64,000 bases of DNA from positions 62,001-126,000 of IMG/VR virus record IMGVR_UViG_3300024239_000011, one strand, 5' to 3'. The position numbers and the translations under genes were made by a program. Below the pieces are notes generated by a model. It was not told where the DNA came from. It saw only the letters and a program-made list of their open reading frames with translations, and made no database searches. This document shows positions 1 to 9,508 of the stretch, piece after piece (within the stretch, counting starts at the first letter, position 1; each line of letters begins with the position of its first letter).

Positions 1-2
1 TG

Positions 3-389
3 ATTTGTGCTGAGAATCTGAACATCAAGGGATTGATACGGAACCACAAATTGGCAAAAGCCATCGCGGATGCCAGTTGGGGCGAAATCCTCCGTCAGTT
101 GTCCTATAAGGCAATCTGGCAGGGAAAGCATTTCGTCCAAATCGACCGCTTTGATCCCTCAAGTCAGGTATGTTCGTGTTGTGGTCATCGACAGAAAATG
201 CCGCTGAATCAACGAACCTATCATTGCCCCAACTGCGGTTTGGTCATCAACAGAGACGCTAATGCGTCCCTGAATATCCGCAATTGGGGCTTTACCAATT
301 TGGTAGGGCAAGGAATGCCCGAACCGACCGCTCATGCGGTCAACGCCTGTGGAGATACCTCTGTCGGGATCAAGTCGCTCGCGGCTTGA
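3..389 (+). mobile_element. tnpB: IS200/IS605-family TnpB, C-terminal part (5' end outside window)
   Basis: ICAENLNIKG (RuvC II), CSCCG/CPNCG zinc ribbon, NRDANASLNI (RuvC III); hairpin at about 403-450 resembling an IS right end. Confidence 0.9.
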
Positions 390-531
390 TTAGGTATGTG
401 TCGCTGAAACAGGAATGTCGCTCATCTGGTGTTTACCTGATATGATGCGATAGTTCCGTTGGTCTATGGGATCATGACCAACATGAAAGGGCTTACCCCA
501 ACCGTTGATCTTGGGGAATTTGAAAAAATGA

Positions 532-858
532 TTAGCTTTGGTGGGATTTGATGTCAGGTAGGGTTTCATCTGACCAATTAAGAAAGGTGTACGACCCGTC
601 CGCATATGTATGCTGAACAGAAAGCCCGGTAGCCGTATTTTCACCAAGAATATTTCCACATGGAATAACTGGCAATGGCAGTGTCGGACTATCACTGTCA
701 ATTGCCCACTTCGCTTTGAGGCGGGAACGTTGTTCCCGCATCTCATGATGGGCGGTGGTATCTTTACAATAGTTGAAGTCGGGACGATAGATTTTGTCAC
801 CGGATTGAATAAACAATCCGGTATCATCTTCCTGTATGGTCAGCTTTTTCCGCGCCAT
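532..858 (-). CDS. hypothetical protein
   Basis: 108 aa ORF, no motif recognised. Confidence 0.55.
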   Translation of the reverse strand: MARKKLTIQEDDTGLFIQSGDKIYRPDFNYCKDTTAHHEMREQRSRLKAKWAIDSDSPTLPLPVIPCGNILGENTATGLSVQHTYADGSYTFLNWSDETLPDIKSHQS

Positions 859-907
859 AAATCACCTCATGTGGTACAGAAGTATTTATGGCGCGGAAAA
901 TGAAAGC

Positions 908-1423
908 CTAATCGGCGCTGGTACCCGCCAGAGCCTTTGCCAGCGCCATGACTTGCTGACGCACCTTAGGGTCATTGATTTTGTAATAGGCACGCACCAG
1001 TTCCAGCGTTTCGCGCTTGGTCATGGGGTCGTTGGTCAACGCGGAAATATCCGGATCGGTGGTTGCCCCGACCATCATGGCAGGACTGTGATCTTTCACA
1101 GTTTCGTTCATGTCATCGAAGAAAAAGCTGACGGGGACATCCATGACCCGGCTCAGATCGAACAGACGCGAAGCACCGACACGATTGGCGCCGCGCTCGT
1201 ACTTCTGGACCTGCTGGAAAGTCAGACCGAGAGCTTCGCCCAACTTTTCCTGGCTCATGCCAAGCAAGGTACGGCGCAGACGCACCCGAGCACCCACATG
1301 CACATCAATGGGGTTGGGATTGCCCGAGGGCGTCCGTCCCCGGCTAGAGGTGCGACGCTGGGTTTTCGGCTGGGCGGTGGTAGTCATATCAACGTTCTCC
1401 ATCGAAATTGATAATGTGAACAT
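908..1423 (-). CDS. XRE-family HTH transcriptional regulator, alphaproteobacterial type
   Basis: DVHVGARVRLRRTLLGMSQEKLGEALGLTFQQVQKYERGANRVGASRL. Confidence 0.92.
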   Translation of the reverse strand: MFTLSISMENVDMTTTAQPKTQRRTSSRGRTPSGNPNPIDVHVGARVRLRRTLLGMSQEKLGEALGLTFQQVQKYERGANRVGASRLFDLSRVMDVPVSFFFDDMNETVKDHSPAMMVGATTDPDISALTNDPMTKRETLELVRAYYKINDPKVRQQVMALAKALAGTSAD

Positions 1424-1494
1424 ATACTCTCATATTCAACAACGCAAGCCAGAAGTTGCAAACCTTGGATTTTACCACTTGGAGCAGCGATGGG

Positions 1495-1522
1495 TTGACA
1501 AATATGAATAAAACTGTATAGT
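1495..1522 (+). promoter_or_regulatory. sigma70-type early promoter
   Basis: TTGACA-N16-TATAGT; same AAACTGTATAGTA tail recurs at 17341-17368. Confidence 0.7.
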
Positions 1523-1546
1523 ACATTAGTTTTCGAGGATACGATT

Positions 1547-2185
1547 ATGAGCGCCCGTTTCAAATATCAAACTACACATCATTTTGAGTGGTCGCCCGGT
1601 GTGTCGAACGACGACGAGGTGCTGAAATCCTCTGCTCATTTTGTTGGGAAGCGTGTCATCGCTACCAAAAAGATGGATGGTGAGAACACCAGCATCTATT
1701 GGGACAGTTATATGCACGCCCGCAGCATTGATGGGCATGGTCACGAAAGCCAGGACTGGGTGAAGGGTCAAGTGGTGCCTTATGTGGCGCCGCACCTCCC
1801 CGAAGGCTGGCGCATCTGCGGCGAGAATCTGTATGCGAAGCATTCACTCGCCTACGACAATCTCCCGACCTATTTCATGGTTTTCTCGATCTGGGATGCC
1901 GAGAACCGCGCCCTGTCCTGGGATGACACCAAGGAATGGTGCGAACTGCTGGGGCTTCAGACCGTACCGGTTCTCTATGACGGTATTTGGGACGAAAAAA
2001 TCATCCGACAACTGGCAACCCAACTCGACCTGAACACGGACGAGGGGTATGTTGTGCGGGTAGCGGACTCATTCAGTTTTCAAGATTTTGTGATGTCGCT
2101 CGCTAAGTACGTCCGCAAAGGGCATGTCCAGACGGATCGTCATTGGAAACGTACCTGGGTTCCAAATAAACTCATCAATTCATAG
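1547..2185 (+). CDS. ATP-dependent RNA ligase family protein
   Basis: Nucleotidyltransferase motif I KMDGEN, ICGEN, FMVFSI, EGYVVR, KYVR. Confidence 0.85.
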   Translation: MSARFKYQTTHHFEWSPGVSNDDEVLKSSAHFVGKRVIATKKMDGENTSIYWDSYMHARSIDGHGHESQDWVKGQVVPYVAPHLPEGWRICGENLYAKHSLAYDNLPTYFMVFSIWDAENRALSWDDTKEWCELLGLQTVPVLYDGIWDEKIIRQLATQLDLNTDEGYVVRVADSFSFQDFVMSLAKYVRKGHVQTDRHWKRTWVPNKLINS

Positions 2186-2195
2186 GAGGTATCAA

Positions 2196-2432
2196 ATGAA
2201 TATTGTTCGTGATGCTTCGCAGCCGTTGTTTCCGCTTGAAACAGTTCGGGACGGTAAATTGATTGTTTTTGAAATCGAAGTAATCCACATGAATCCGATG
2301 GGCGGATTTAGTCGTCCCAAAAAATATGATGCGGTAATTGAAGATAACAACGATCCCAAGTGGGTGTTGGACAATCGCCGTATCCTAGGTTCGCTTGATG
2401 TTGTTGTTCGATGGAAGGAAAAAACGATTTAA
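2196..2432 (+). CDS. hypothetical protein
   Basis: AGGAGG RBS then ATG, directly after the ligase. Confidence 0.65.
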   Translation: MNIVRDASQPLFPLETVRDGKLIVFEIEVIHMNPMGGFSRPKKYDAVIEDNNDPKWVLDNRRILGSLDVVVRWKEKTI

Positions 2433-2596
2433 AATCGTAAAATCGCCTCGTTCTCCCTATAAGCGAAACTGATCCTAAAATAATCGCAAGACCCATTCAA
2501 AAAATCGAACAAACCATCCGGGTTCCCGATGAGGCAAGGGGCGCTGAATGACGTTCAGCGCCCCTTTCTTTTTCATATGATGATACTGCTCCGGAG

Positions 2597-3154
2597 TCAT
2601 TTTCCAACAGCCTGACTGAAACGGGGTTCTGCAATTCCAGTTGCAAAAATCCACCGGAACCCATTGTGTGCCCTAATTCCATAGGAGCCGAGTTCAATAT
2701 CATGATAGGTGATGTCGAACCCTTCGGGGGTGGCGATGATTTTTGTCCCATCACCGATTAAGTCGTTGAACCAACCAGCACATTCCGACACCAAGTTCAT
2801 TAATTCAAACGACGAAACCACATCAGTTTGAATAAGTTCCAGTTTCATAAAATACTGTTGATGAAGGGTATCCAATATCGGTTCATTTCGGAAACATGGC
2901 GTCAACGCACAGTACCGACCCGGCGGCAGTTTTCCGACCGTGTGAAGGTAAAGAAACGATTGTTCAGCCGAACCTACCAGATCGCCGTAATCAGTTACAA
3001 ACCCGTTATCGCGCCCATGAAAAGTTGCATGGGTGATCTCCGATGGAACTATCCACGGCACTTCAAGATACATGAAGCCAAGGCGGGTATAATGATCGAG
3101 GGAACGTGTGAGGTTCCCCCAATTAATCACGGGATGTGCGCTGTCCATCGTCAA
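2597..3154 (-). CDS. minimal class II aminoacyl-tRNA synthetase-like catalytic core
   Basis: EVPW, TPCFRNE (motif 2-like), FMKLEL, IELGSYG, GIAEPR (motif 3-like); no anticodon domain. Confidence 0.6.
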   Translation of the reverse strand: MTMDSAHPVINWGNLTRSLDHYTRLGFMYLEVPWIVPSEITHATFHGRDNGFVTDYGDLVGSAEQSFLYLHTVGKLPPGRYCALTPCFRNEPILDTLHQQYFMKLELIQTDVVSSFELMNLVSECAGWFNDLIGDGTKIIATPEGFDITYHDIELGSYGIRAHNGFRWIFATGIAEPRFSQAVGK

Positions 3155-3383
3155 ATGCCCTCTTGGTTACCGACGCCATGGCAGCAAGGTCAGACATGGT
3201 TATGGATGGATGATGCTTTGCCAGATACGCCACAATCGCCCCATAAAGATCGGAAAGCTCTTGTAGCGCCATCAGCGTCACGTCTTGCTCAATCGCATCC
3301 ATGAATTCAGCAGCTTCTTCGATGATCTTCGAAGCCTCGCCGTATTCTCCACGGGCGATTTCCCGCACATGATACCCTGCCAT
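3123..3383 (-). CDS. MazG-like NTP pyrophosphatase
   Basis: KIIEEAAEF...QELSDLYGAI helical acidic motif. Confidence 0.6.
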   Translation of the reverse strand: MAGYHVREIARGEYGEASKIIEEAAEFMDAIEQDVTLMALQELSDLYGAIVAYLAKHHPSITMSDLAAMASVTKRAFDDGQRTSRD

Positions 3384-3495
3384 TCCTTACCTCCGACAAC
3401 ACCGTATCCCAAATACAGATGCTTTCGCACTATTTTTGTTGGCCGTTAAATCTAAATACAAGGATATTCCAAATTGCAAAACAGTCAGGCACCAC

Positions 3496-3741
3496 ATGTC
3501 TAAACTTTATGATCATTTCAGATGTCGGTGGGCAGATATGATGCACAAGCAGAATGTCTGGGTAGACCCCAATACCCTGATGGTGTCCGCAGGCATACCA
3601 TCACATTGCGTGTCACTTGCCGAGCATTACAACGTAATTGCAGCCGAAATTTCAGAACGCGGTGATCTTACCGATGAGTTACTGAACGAGATTACCAAAG
3701 CTGGTACCGCGTTGATTAAAGCATTGCAAGCCAAGGTTTGA
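3496..3741 (+). CDS. hypothetical protein
   Basis: ORF abutting the next gene. Confidence 0.5.
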   Translation: MSKLYDHFRCRWADMMHKQNVWVDPNTLMVSAGIPSHCVSLAEHYNVIAAEISERGDLTDELLNEITKAGTALIKALQAKV

Positions 3742-4751
3742 CGCTATCAAAACTATGGAATATGATTGTGGAGATGGAGGAACCCATGTCCGCACAATTG
3801 TCTTTCCCATTTGAACCTGAGACCCAGCGGGTGCCTGAAATTCCCAATAAGCGTCAAGCGAGTTTGGGATTTCTCGACGCTATCACGGTGGCGCGACAGT
3901 ATTTCCCGGATACCAGTAAGGAAGAACTGGAATTCATCATTCAGAGCGAAACAGGTTGGCCATCGTTCTGGCACATTCCCCGCGATGGGGCAACTCCCGA
4001 GGAATGTTTTCGTACCCAACTACTCAACGCCGTGGCACGGCGACACGTTCGTTATTCCAACATGAAGATCATCGAAGCTGATCCTTATGCGGGCGTCGTT
4101 GATCGCATCGAATTGAAACCGGACGGGTTCGGACGATGCACTATCGAACTACCAGACCACACGGAAATCTACGTGGACCGGGATGGCATCAGCGAAGTTC
4201 GGTTTGCAGATGACGCCAAGATCATTTCGTTTGGCTCCTTAATGTTCGAGCGTGATAACGGGTCGGGTGGTTACCGGTCAGTTGCCCTGCCCAATGGACG
4301 GCAAATCAATATTAATCCCGAAGGCGACTATCAGATTGAGGACTACGCCTACCTAACCGATAAAACCGACCACCCACGAATTACCAAAGTCGATCAGCTT
4401 CGGATCAAGGACGGGCGATCCTGTATCATCGCCCTCCCCGATGGGTCGCAGATTCATGTGGGGAATAACGGCAACTACCAGATCGATGACCGCAACGCCG
4501 AGGTCATTTACCGCGCCAACCGCATCCGGGATTTCAACCGGTTCCTGAATGCCAGCGAGATCATGGAAGAGTTCGTCCGGTATGTTGGGGCACTTGGGGT
4601 AAAACAAGGCGATGTGTTGAACCTGCCAATCAGCTTGTTCATCAATTTCTTGGTGGTGAGAGCGGCAGATGCGGACGGCGAACCAACGCCTGATGTCGCG
4701 ATTGAAAACCATCCGGCATTAACATCAAAATGCCCACAATGTGGACGCTAA
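3738..4751 (+). CDS. hypothetical protein with three internal LP(D/N)xxxIx(V/I) repeats
   Basis: 337 aa; LPDHTEIYV, LPNGRQINI, LPDGSQIHV; hairpin terminator after stop. Confidence 0.75.
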   Translation: MTLSKLWNMIVEMEEPMSAQLSFPFEPETQRVPEIPNKRQASLGFLDAITVARQYFPDTSKEELEFIIQSETGWPSFWHIPRDGATPEECFRTQLLNAVARRHVRYSNMKIIEADPYAGVVDRIELKPDGFGRCTIELPDHTEIYVDRDGISEVRFADDAKIISFGSLMFERDNGSGGYRSVALPNGRQININPEGDYQIEDYAYLTDKTDHPRITKVDQLRIKDGRSCIIALPDGSQIHVGNNGNYQIDDRNAEVIYRANRIRDFNRFLNASEIMEEFVRYVGALGVKQGDVLNLPISLFINFLVVRAADADGEPTPDVAIENHPALTSKCPQCGR

Positions 4752-4937
4752 AATGAGAAAGCCGCCCAATTGGGCGGCTTTCCAGTTAACAATGCTGTCG
4801 TTATTATTCGCAGCTTTGTGGCTGGTCAGTGATTTGACAGGAGGCTCGTAGACCAGCCACATTTTGTCTACGTTTTATTTATACTCTGTTCAATTTAATT
4901 TTCCGAGTTTGCGCACATCCTATACGTGAGATATAGA

Positions 4938-5738
4938 CTAGTCCTTTTGGGCAAGTTTTATGGCTTCTGTCAACATTTCACGGAGATCATTGATGACGGG
5001 GACTTGGTACCGTTCTGCGAGGCGTTTTAGATAACGCATTTTTATCGCAGTTTCAGGGAACCCAAGAACAGCCGTGGGCGCATCCGCATCGCCATGATGA
5101 TAATCACGCATTGCCATACCAAATTCGATATTGGTGGTATAACCGGGCATCGTATCATGTTCACGCGGAATCCAGAACGCACGAACCACGCCAGGAAGAT
5201 CAAACGCTTCCCATTCCCAGTCGATCTGGTTGTCGTAATTATCATGGGCAAGCCAGTCATGGCTTTCCGGGACTAATACATTTCCAGAAAAGCCAAGGTC
5301 GGACAAAATGTGGAGAGCTTCTGGGCGCCAGGACAAAACATTTTTGGCACGTGGTGTCGGACCCAGCAACATTATACATGGATCGGATTTGGCGGTGGTT
5401 AAGTCTTGTAGAGCATAGAACACCCGAATCTTGCTTACGGTGGCAGCCACCATCGTAAACGTGCCGTCATTGTACTTAAACCCTTGTGTCAAACGAGGTT
5501 TGAAAGCACGAGGCACGCCTTGATCCATCACGAACTGGATATTTACAACCTTAGTCAGGTCGAAAAGACGCCACTGTGGCAGCGATCCATTTGAGTCACC
5601 ACCAATCTGATAACCACGCATCAACGCCTTACCGGTTTGACTGGCGCCCACAATGTGAGGTTCCACTTCCCGATACTTACCATCATACTCAAAACTGACG
5701 ACGAACCGTTCAGCAATGGCTTCCGCAATTTCTTTCAT
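4938..5738 (-). CDS. WYL domain fused to nucleoside 2-deoxyribosyltransferase-like domain
   Basis: N-term FEYDGKYREVEPH...WRLFDL; C-term LLGPTPR..SWR...QIDWEW...FWIPR...TTNIEFG. Confidence 0.7.
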   Translation of the reverse strand: MKEIAEAIAERFVVSFEYDGKYREVEPHIVGASQTGKALMRGYQIGGDSNGSLPQWRLFDLTKVVNIQFVMDQGVPRAFKPRLTQGFKYNDGTFTMVAATVSKIRVFYALQDLTTAKSDPCIMLLGPTPRAKNVLSWRPEALHILSDLGFSGNVLVPESHDWLAHDNYDNQIDWEWEAFDLPGVVRAFWIPREHDTMPGYTTNIEFGMAMRDYHHGDADAPTAVLGFPETAIKMRYLKRLAERYQVPVINDLREMLTEAIKLAQKD

Positions 5739-5756
5739 TTTAGTCTTACTCCAAAT

Positions 5757-6209
5757 TTATAAATTACCAGCGCGAATGCGATCCCGAATTGACATCAATC
5801 GTGAACAGAATTCTTTTGTTGTGAGAATTGTTTCTGTGTAAACCGTATGCCCAATGTCATGTGTCAGATTTTCGTCTCCGGTTGCAAGCAACGCTTTACG
5901 AAAATCTTCAACTTTTGCCAATGCTTCATATGCGCGGTCAAGAAGGATTTGATAGTCTACTCCGTCGCGCCGCAATGCTTTGCCTTTCCAGTACAGCATA
6001 CCGGTCTTTTGCCAATCCCGGTTCGACCGTTTTTTAGCTGTCCACCCGGTCAATCTGCATACAAGCCGTTGTTCTTCCTGATCTTTGTAGGGCAGGCTTT
6101 GAAGGAAACCTTCCATACTGGCGCATAAAACTCCATCCACCTCGAAACGATGCGCGGCGAAGTTTGAAAGCTTATTTAACGGGTAGGTACCGGTACTGAG
6201 AATATCCAT
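5757..6209 (-). CDS. NADAR-family protein, T4 gp30.3-like
   Basis: LSNFA..F..DG....SMEGFLQ, LYW.G, FRKALLAT, TILTTKEF; start set at MDILSTG. Confidence 0.75.
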   Translation of the reverse strand: MDILSTGTYPLNKLSNFAAHRFEVDGVLCASMEGFLQSLPYKDQEEQRLVCRLTGWTAKKRSNRDWQKTGMLYWKGKALRRDGVDYQILLDRAYEALAKVEDFRKALLATGDENLTHDIGHTVYTETILTTKEFCSRLMSIRDRIRAGNL

Positions 6210-6335
6210 ATGAATAGAATATTTCCTACTCGCGAAAGTGTCAAAAACATTTTGACCACATATGCGGTTTAGCTTACCATCCCGCAACTCGTGCCATTTT
6301 GGCTGCCAAGATTCGCTTATAAGGATAACCCGTCG

Positions 6336-7661
6336 ATGACCGTCAAATCCCATCACGATGACGATGATGAGCCAACGATGGAAGATATTCTGACAAGCAT
6401 TCGGCGTGTCCTGACCGAAGACGATGACGATGTGTTTCAAGAAAAACCAACCGCACACGATGATATCGACGCGATGTTTTCTGAAAAAATTCCACAATCT
6501 TCGACGGGGTGCCGTGGCAGCGACGACGAAGAAGCTCTCATGCGTGAATGGGCGGCAATGGCAGGGCGCAACGAACCGGATGAACCGGATGAGAATGATA
6601 CCGATGGCATGGCAGCCGAATGGGAAGCCATGCTCGGTGGTTGTGATGGGGATTGCGAACATTGCGATGACAACACCCCCATGGAGTCCACCCGAGTGTT
6701 AAATCAAGACGAAATCGATTCGCTTCTAGGATTCGATGACGACCATGGGCGCGGTGACAATATGTCTGGTATACAGTGTATTCTCAATTCCGCCCTTGTG
6801 TCATACGAACGACTTCCCATGCTGGAAGTGGTATGTGATCGTTTAGTGCGTACATTATCTACATCCTTGCGGAATTTCTTCAACGATAACGTCGAAGTGT
6901 CGCTGGACAACATTCTGTCGCTTCGTTTCGGCGACTATCTGAACTCGATTCCGCTGCCTGCCATGCTGGCGGTATTCAAAGCCGAAGAATGGGACAATCA
7001 CGGTCTATTGACCATCGATTCGTCGCTGATCTACTCAACGGTCGATGTGCTGCTGGGTGGTCGTCGCGGCACGGCGGCTATGCGCATTGAAGGTCGCCCT
7101 TACACCACCATCGAGCGTGCCTTGGTAGAACGCATGGTGCATGTCGTAATGTCGGAAATGTCTACGGCTTTCGATCCGGTGTCACCCGTAACGTTTCGTC
7201 TTGACCGGATGGAAACCAATCCGCGCTTTGCCGCCATCTCACGTCCCAATAATGCGGTAATTGTGGTCAAATTGCGCATTGACATGCAAGATCGGGGCGG
7301 GCGCATGGAATTGCTATTGCCCTATGCTACCCTAGAACCTATCCGCGAATTATTGCTTCAACATTTCATGGGAGAAAAATTTGGTCGCGACTCGATCTGG
7401 GAAACCCACTTAGCCGAAGAACTATGGAAAAGCGAGATTGAAGCTGAGGTCGTGGTTGCGGAAGCTAAATCAACTCTTAACACGATACTCAATTTGAAAG
7501 TTGGGGATACGTTAGACCTTGGTCGTCGCCGCCCACATTATAAAATGGTTTGCTCGAATGTCGTGGTCGGGCACTGCGTCAACAGTAATACCGATGATAA
7601 AGATGACATCATGGGCATGACTGATGTTTCGGTCGTCACCCTCTTCCCGAAAGGTAATTAG
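6336..7661 (+). CDS. fliM: flagellar motor switch protein FliM with PopZ-like N-terminal helix
   Basis: MAAEWEAML, RVLNQDEIDSLLGF, YERLPMLEVVCDRLVR, RFGDYLNSIPLPAML, GGRMELLLPYATLEPIRELL; N-term EPTMEDILTSIRRVLTEDD. Confidence 0.95.
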   Translation: MTVKSHHDDDDEPTMEDILTSIRRVLTEDDDDVFQEKPTAHDDIDAMFSEKIPQSSTGCRGSDDEEALMREWAAMAGRNEPDEPDENDTDGMAAEWEAMLGGCDGDCEHCDDNTPMESTRVLNQDEIDSLLGFDDDHGRGDNMSGIQCILNSALVSYERLPMLEVVCDRLVRTLSTSLRNFFNDNVEVSLDNILSLRFGDYLNSIPLPAMLAVFKAEEWDNHGLLTIDSSLIYSTVDVLLGGRRGTAAMRIEGRPYTTIERALVERMVHVVMSEMSTAFDPVSPVTFRLDRMETNPRFAAISRPNNAVIVVKLRIDMQDRGGRMELLLPYATLEPIRELLLQHFMGEKFGRDSIWETHLAEELWKSEIEAEVVVAEAKSTLNTILNLKVGDTLDLGRRRPHYKMVCSNVVVGHCVNSNTDDKDDIMGMTDVSVVTLFPKGN

Positions 7662-7662
7662 T

Positions 7663-7959
7663 ATGGATGATTTCGATATGGCTGATGTTAAGCCAGCCCC
7701 GGAACGAATCACGGCGAAACATCTGGAAGCTGTTTACGATATTCCAGTAACCGTGCGGGCAGTCCTCGGTAAAGCAACTCTACAAGTGAACCAGCTTCTC
7801 AAGCTTGGACGCGGTGCAGTCATTGAGATTGACCGCAAGGTTGGTGAGGCAGTGGATATTTACGTCAATGACCGGTTAGTCGCTCGTGGTGAAGTGGTCG
7901 TGGTGGAAGATCGCCTGGGCATCACTATGACGGAAATCATCAAGACGGATCGCGATTAA
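7663..7959 (+). CDS. fliN: flagellar motor switch protein FliN
   Basis: LEAVYDIPV.V.AVLG...LLKLGRGAVIEIDRKVGEAVDIYVNDRLVARGEVVVVEDRLGITMTEI. Confidence 0.95.
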   Translation: MDDFDMADVKPAPERITAKHLEAVYDIPVTVRAVLGKATLQVNQLLKLGRGAVIEIDRKVGEAVDIYVNDRLVARGEVVVVEDRLGITMTEIIKTDRD

Positions 7960-8186
7960 TGACAGATGGTATCTATGACGTTTCATTGGAAGCTATGGTG
8001 ATCCTGGGCACCGCCACACTTCCCATTTCGCAACTTCTTAAACTCGGTCGCGGCGCCATCATCGAGCTTGATCGCAAAGTCAATGACCCCGTTGATGTGG
8101 TGATCAACAACAAAACCGTGGCAAAAGCCGAAGTGGTGGTTATTGAACACAATCTGGGTATTACCATCACTGAGATGCTGAAGTAA
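7959..8186 (+). CDS. second, short FliN/SpoA-domain protein
   Basis: VILGTATLPISQLLKLGRGAIIELDRKVNDPVDV; stop/start overlap with fliN. Confidence 0.88.
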   Translation: MTDGIYDVSLEAMVILGTATLPISQLLKLGRGAIIELDRKVNDPVDVVINNKTVAKAEVVVIEHNLGITITEMLK

Positions 8187-8219
8187 AAAAGAAGCCCCAT
8201 TAGTACGGGGCTTCTTTTT
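8187..8219. terminator. bidirectional intrinsic terminator
   Basis: AAAA-GAAGCCCC-loop-GGGGCTTC-TTTTT. Confidence 0.85.
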
Positions 8220-8607
8220 GGCATTTTTCTCGCCATTTTCGAACAGCGGCAACTCCATTATCATGCCACGGTCGATCCCGTAACACGGTCTTGAGCCATT
8301 TGAGAATTTCGTAGATGTAGAGGCGCCGTTCCTTGGATGTCAGGGGACGGCGATCCACCCGCACATCACTGCCGACAAAAATCCGTGGCGTGATCATGTG
8401 GACGACATCTGAGCCGCAATTCGGGTTTGCCGCATCGACGCGCTCCTTGGCCTTTTTGGCATCCCCAAAACACTGATATATGCCGTTTCCGTGTTCAGAA
8501 AACCCGCTGGAAAACCCGAAGCCGTGTGTCCCGCCCGTGTAAAACATCGTTGTCTGTAGGCGGACGACATAATTGACCGTCACATTCGCAACAGCATCGA
8601 AATTCAT
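8200..8607 (-). CDS. hypothetical protein
   Basis: ATGA overlap with upstream gene. Confidence 0.6.
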   Translation of the reverse strand: MNFDAVANVTVNYVVRLQTTMFYTGGTHGFGFSSGFSEHGNGIYQCFGDAKKAKERVDAANPNCGSDVVHMITPRIFVGSDVRVDRRPLTSKERRLYIYEILKWLKTVLRDRPWHDNGVAAVRKWREKCQKEAPY

Positions 8608-9008
8608 CGCGCTGCTCCGGTAATACGCCGTGCCGCTAATTCTGCGGCATGCTGAATACGCATACAAGTGTGTTGATATTTCTGCTCCAACGTGTTCTCA
8701 TCCGCAAATAACCCATGAGTATCTTTCAACACCACATAGCCTTTGGGTATTTCAACCAATACCAGTTCTGGTACCGTTATAAAACTTTCATCACCCTTAA
8801 TTCGATAGCGACAAATTTTTCCAGTGTGAAAATCAGCAGGGGTTAACAGAACACACAAATATTTTCCATCTTTATGTGCATTATACCATTCATGACGTAT
8901 TGCCGCTTCAATCAAATACCAACTATCACGCCACACCATTTTGGTATTGATGACGTGATAGTTGGTGCCAATCGCATTGGTTATTTGTTTGCTGGTAAGA
9001 AAATTCAT
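8604..9008 (-). CDS. hypothetical protein
   Basis: overlapping starts and stops with neighbours. Confidence 0.65.
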   Translation of the reverse strand: MNFLTSKQITNAIGTNYHVINTKMVWRDSWYLIEAAIRHEWYNAHKDGKYLCVLLTPADFHTGKICRYRIKGDESFITVPELVLVEIPKGYVVLKDTHGLFADENTLEQKYQHTCMRIQHAAELAARRITGAAR

Positions 9009-9508
9009 TTTTTTACCTGTGCAGCCAGTGCCTCAACTGCTTGATGCATCCGAATAAGGTCATTCTCCAACTTAGCAAACCCAGGATGAGGGACAAATTG
9101 CGGGGGTGGGGGTAATGTGGGTGGGGCATTGATTGTTATCGGTACTGTCGGGGCGGGCGGTGGTGTATTCGGCTGTACGATCACCGGGGCGCGTTCTACC
9201 GGGGCAATTTTTACCACATCCACCTTCCCAATGGGGACCAGTGGTTGAACTACAATTGTAGTAGTGTTTGGTTTCACGTTGGGGGGTATTGGCACCACTT
9301 TGACCAACGGAACTGTACCGGGGTTTGGCGAAACCACTTGTTGCGGTGATTCTGTTCCAAACACCGAAGAACCGGCAACCAGCGCCACAATGATGGCACT
9401 GATCATAAAGACCATACCACTAAAATTACGCAATTGGTTAGACGCCGACACGCGGAAAACGACGAACGCCATAATTGCCGCGATGGTAATCAGGGTGAGG
9501 ATGCCCAT
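9005..9508 (-). CDS. membrane-anchored proline-rich protein
   Basis: two N-terminal hydrophobic segments, Pro/Val-rich region, short coiled coil. Confidence 0.65.
   Translation of the reverse strand: MGILTLITIAAIMAFVVFRVSASNQLRNFSGMVFMISAIIVALVAGSSVFGTESPQQVVSPNPGTVPLVKVVPIPPNVKPNTTTIVVQPLVPIGKVDVVKIAPVERAPVIVQPNTPPPAPTVPITINAPPTLPPPPQFVPHPGFAKLENDLIRMHQAVEALAAQVKK

Noticed and set aside
5757-6662. 301-aa ORF as listed
   Set aside because: Its N-terminal half is the antisense of fliM; NADAR homology starts at 6209.
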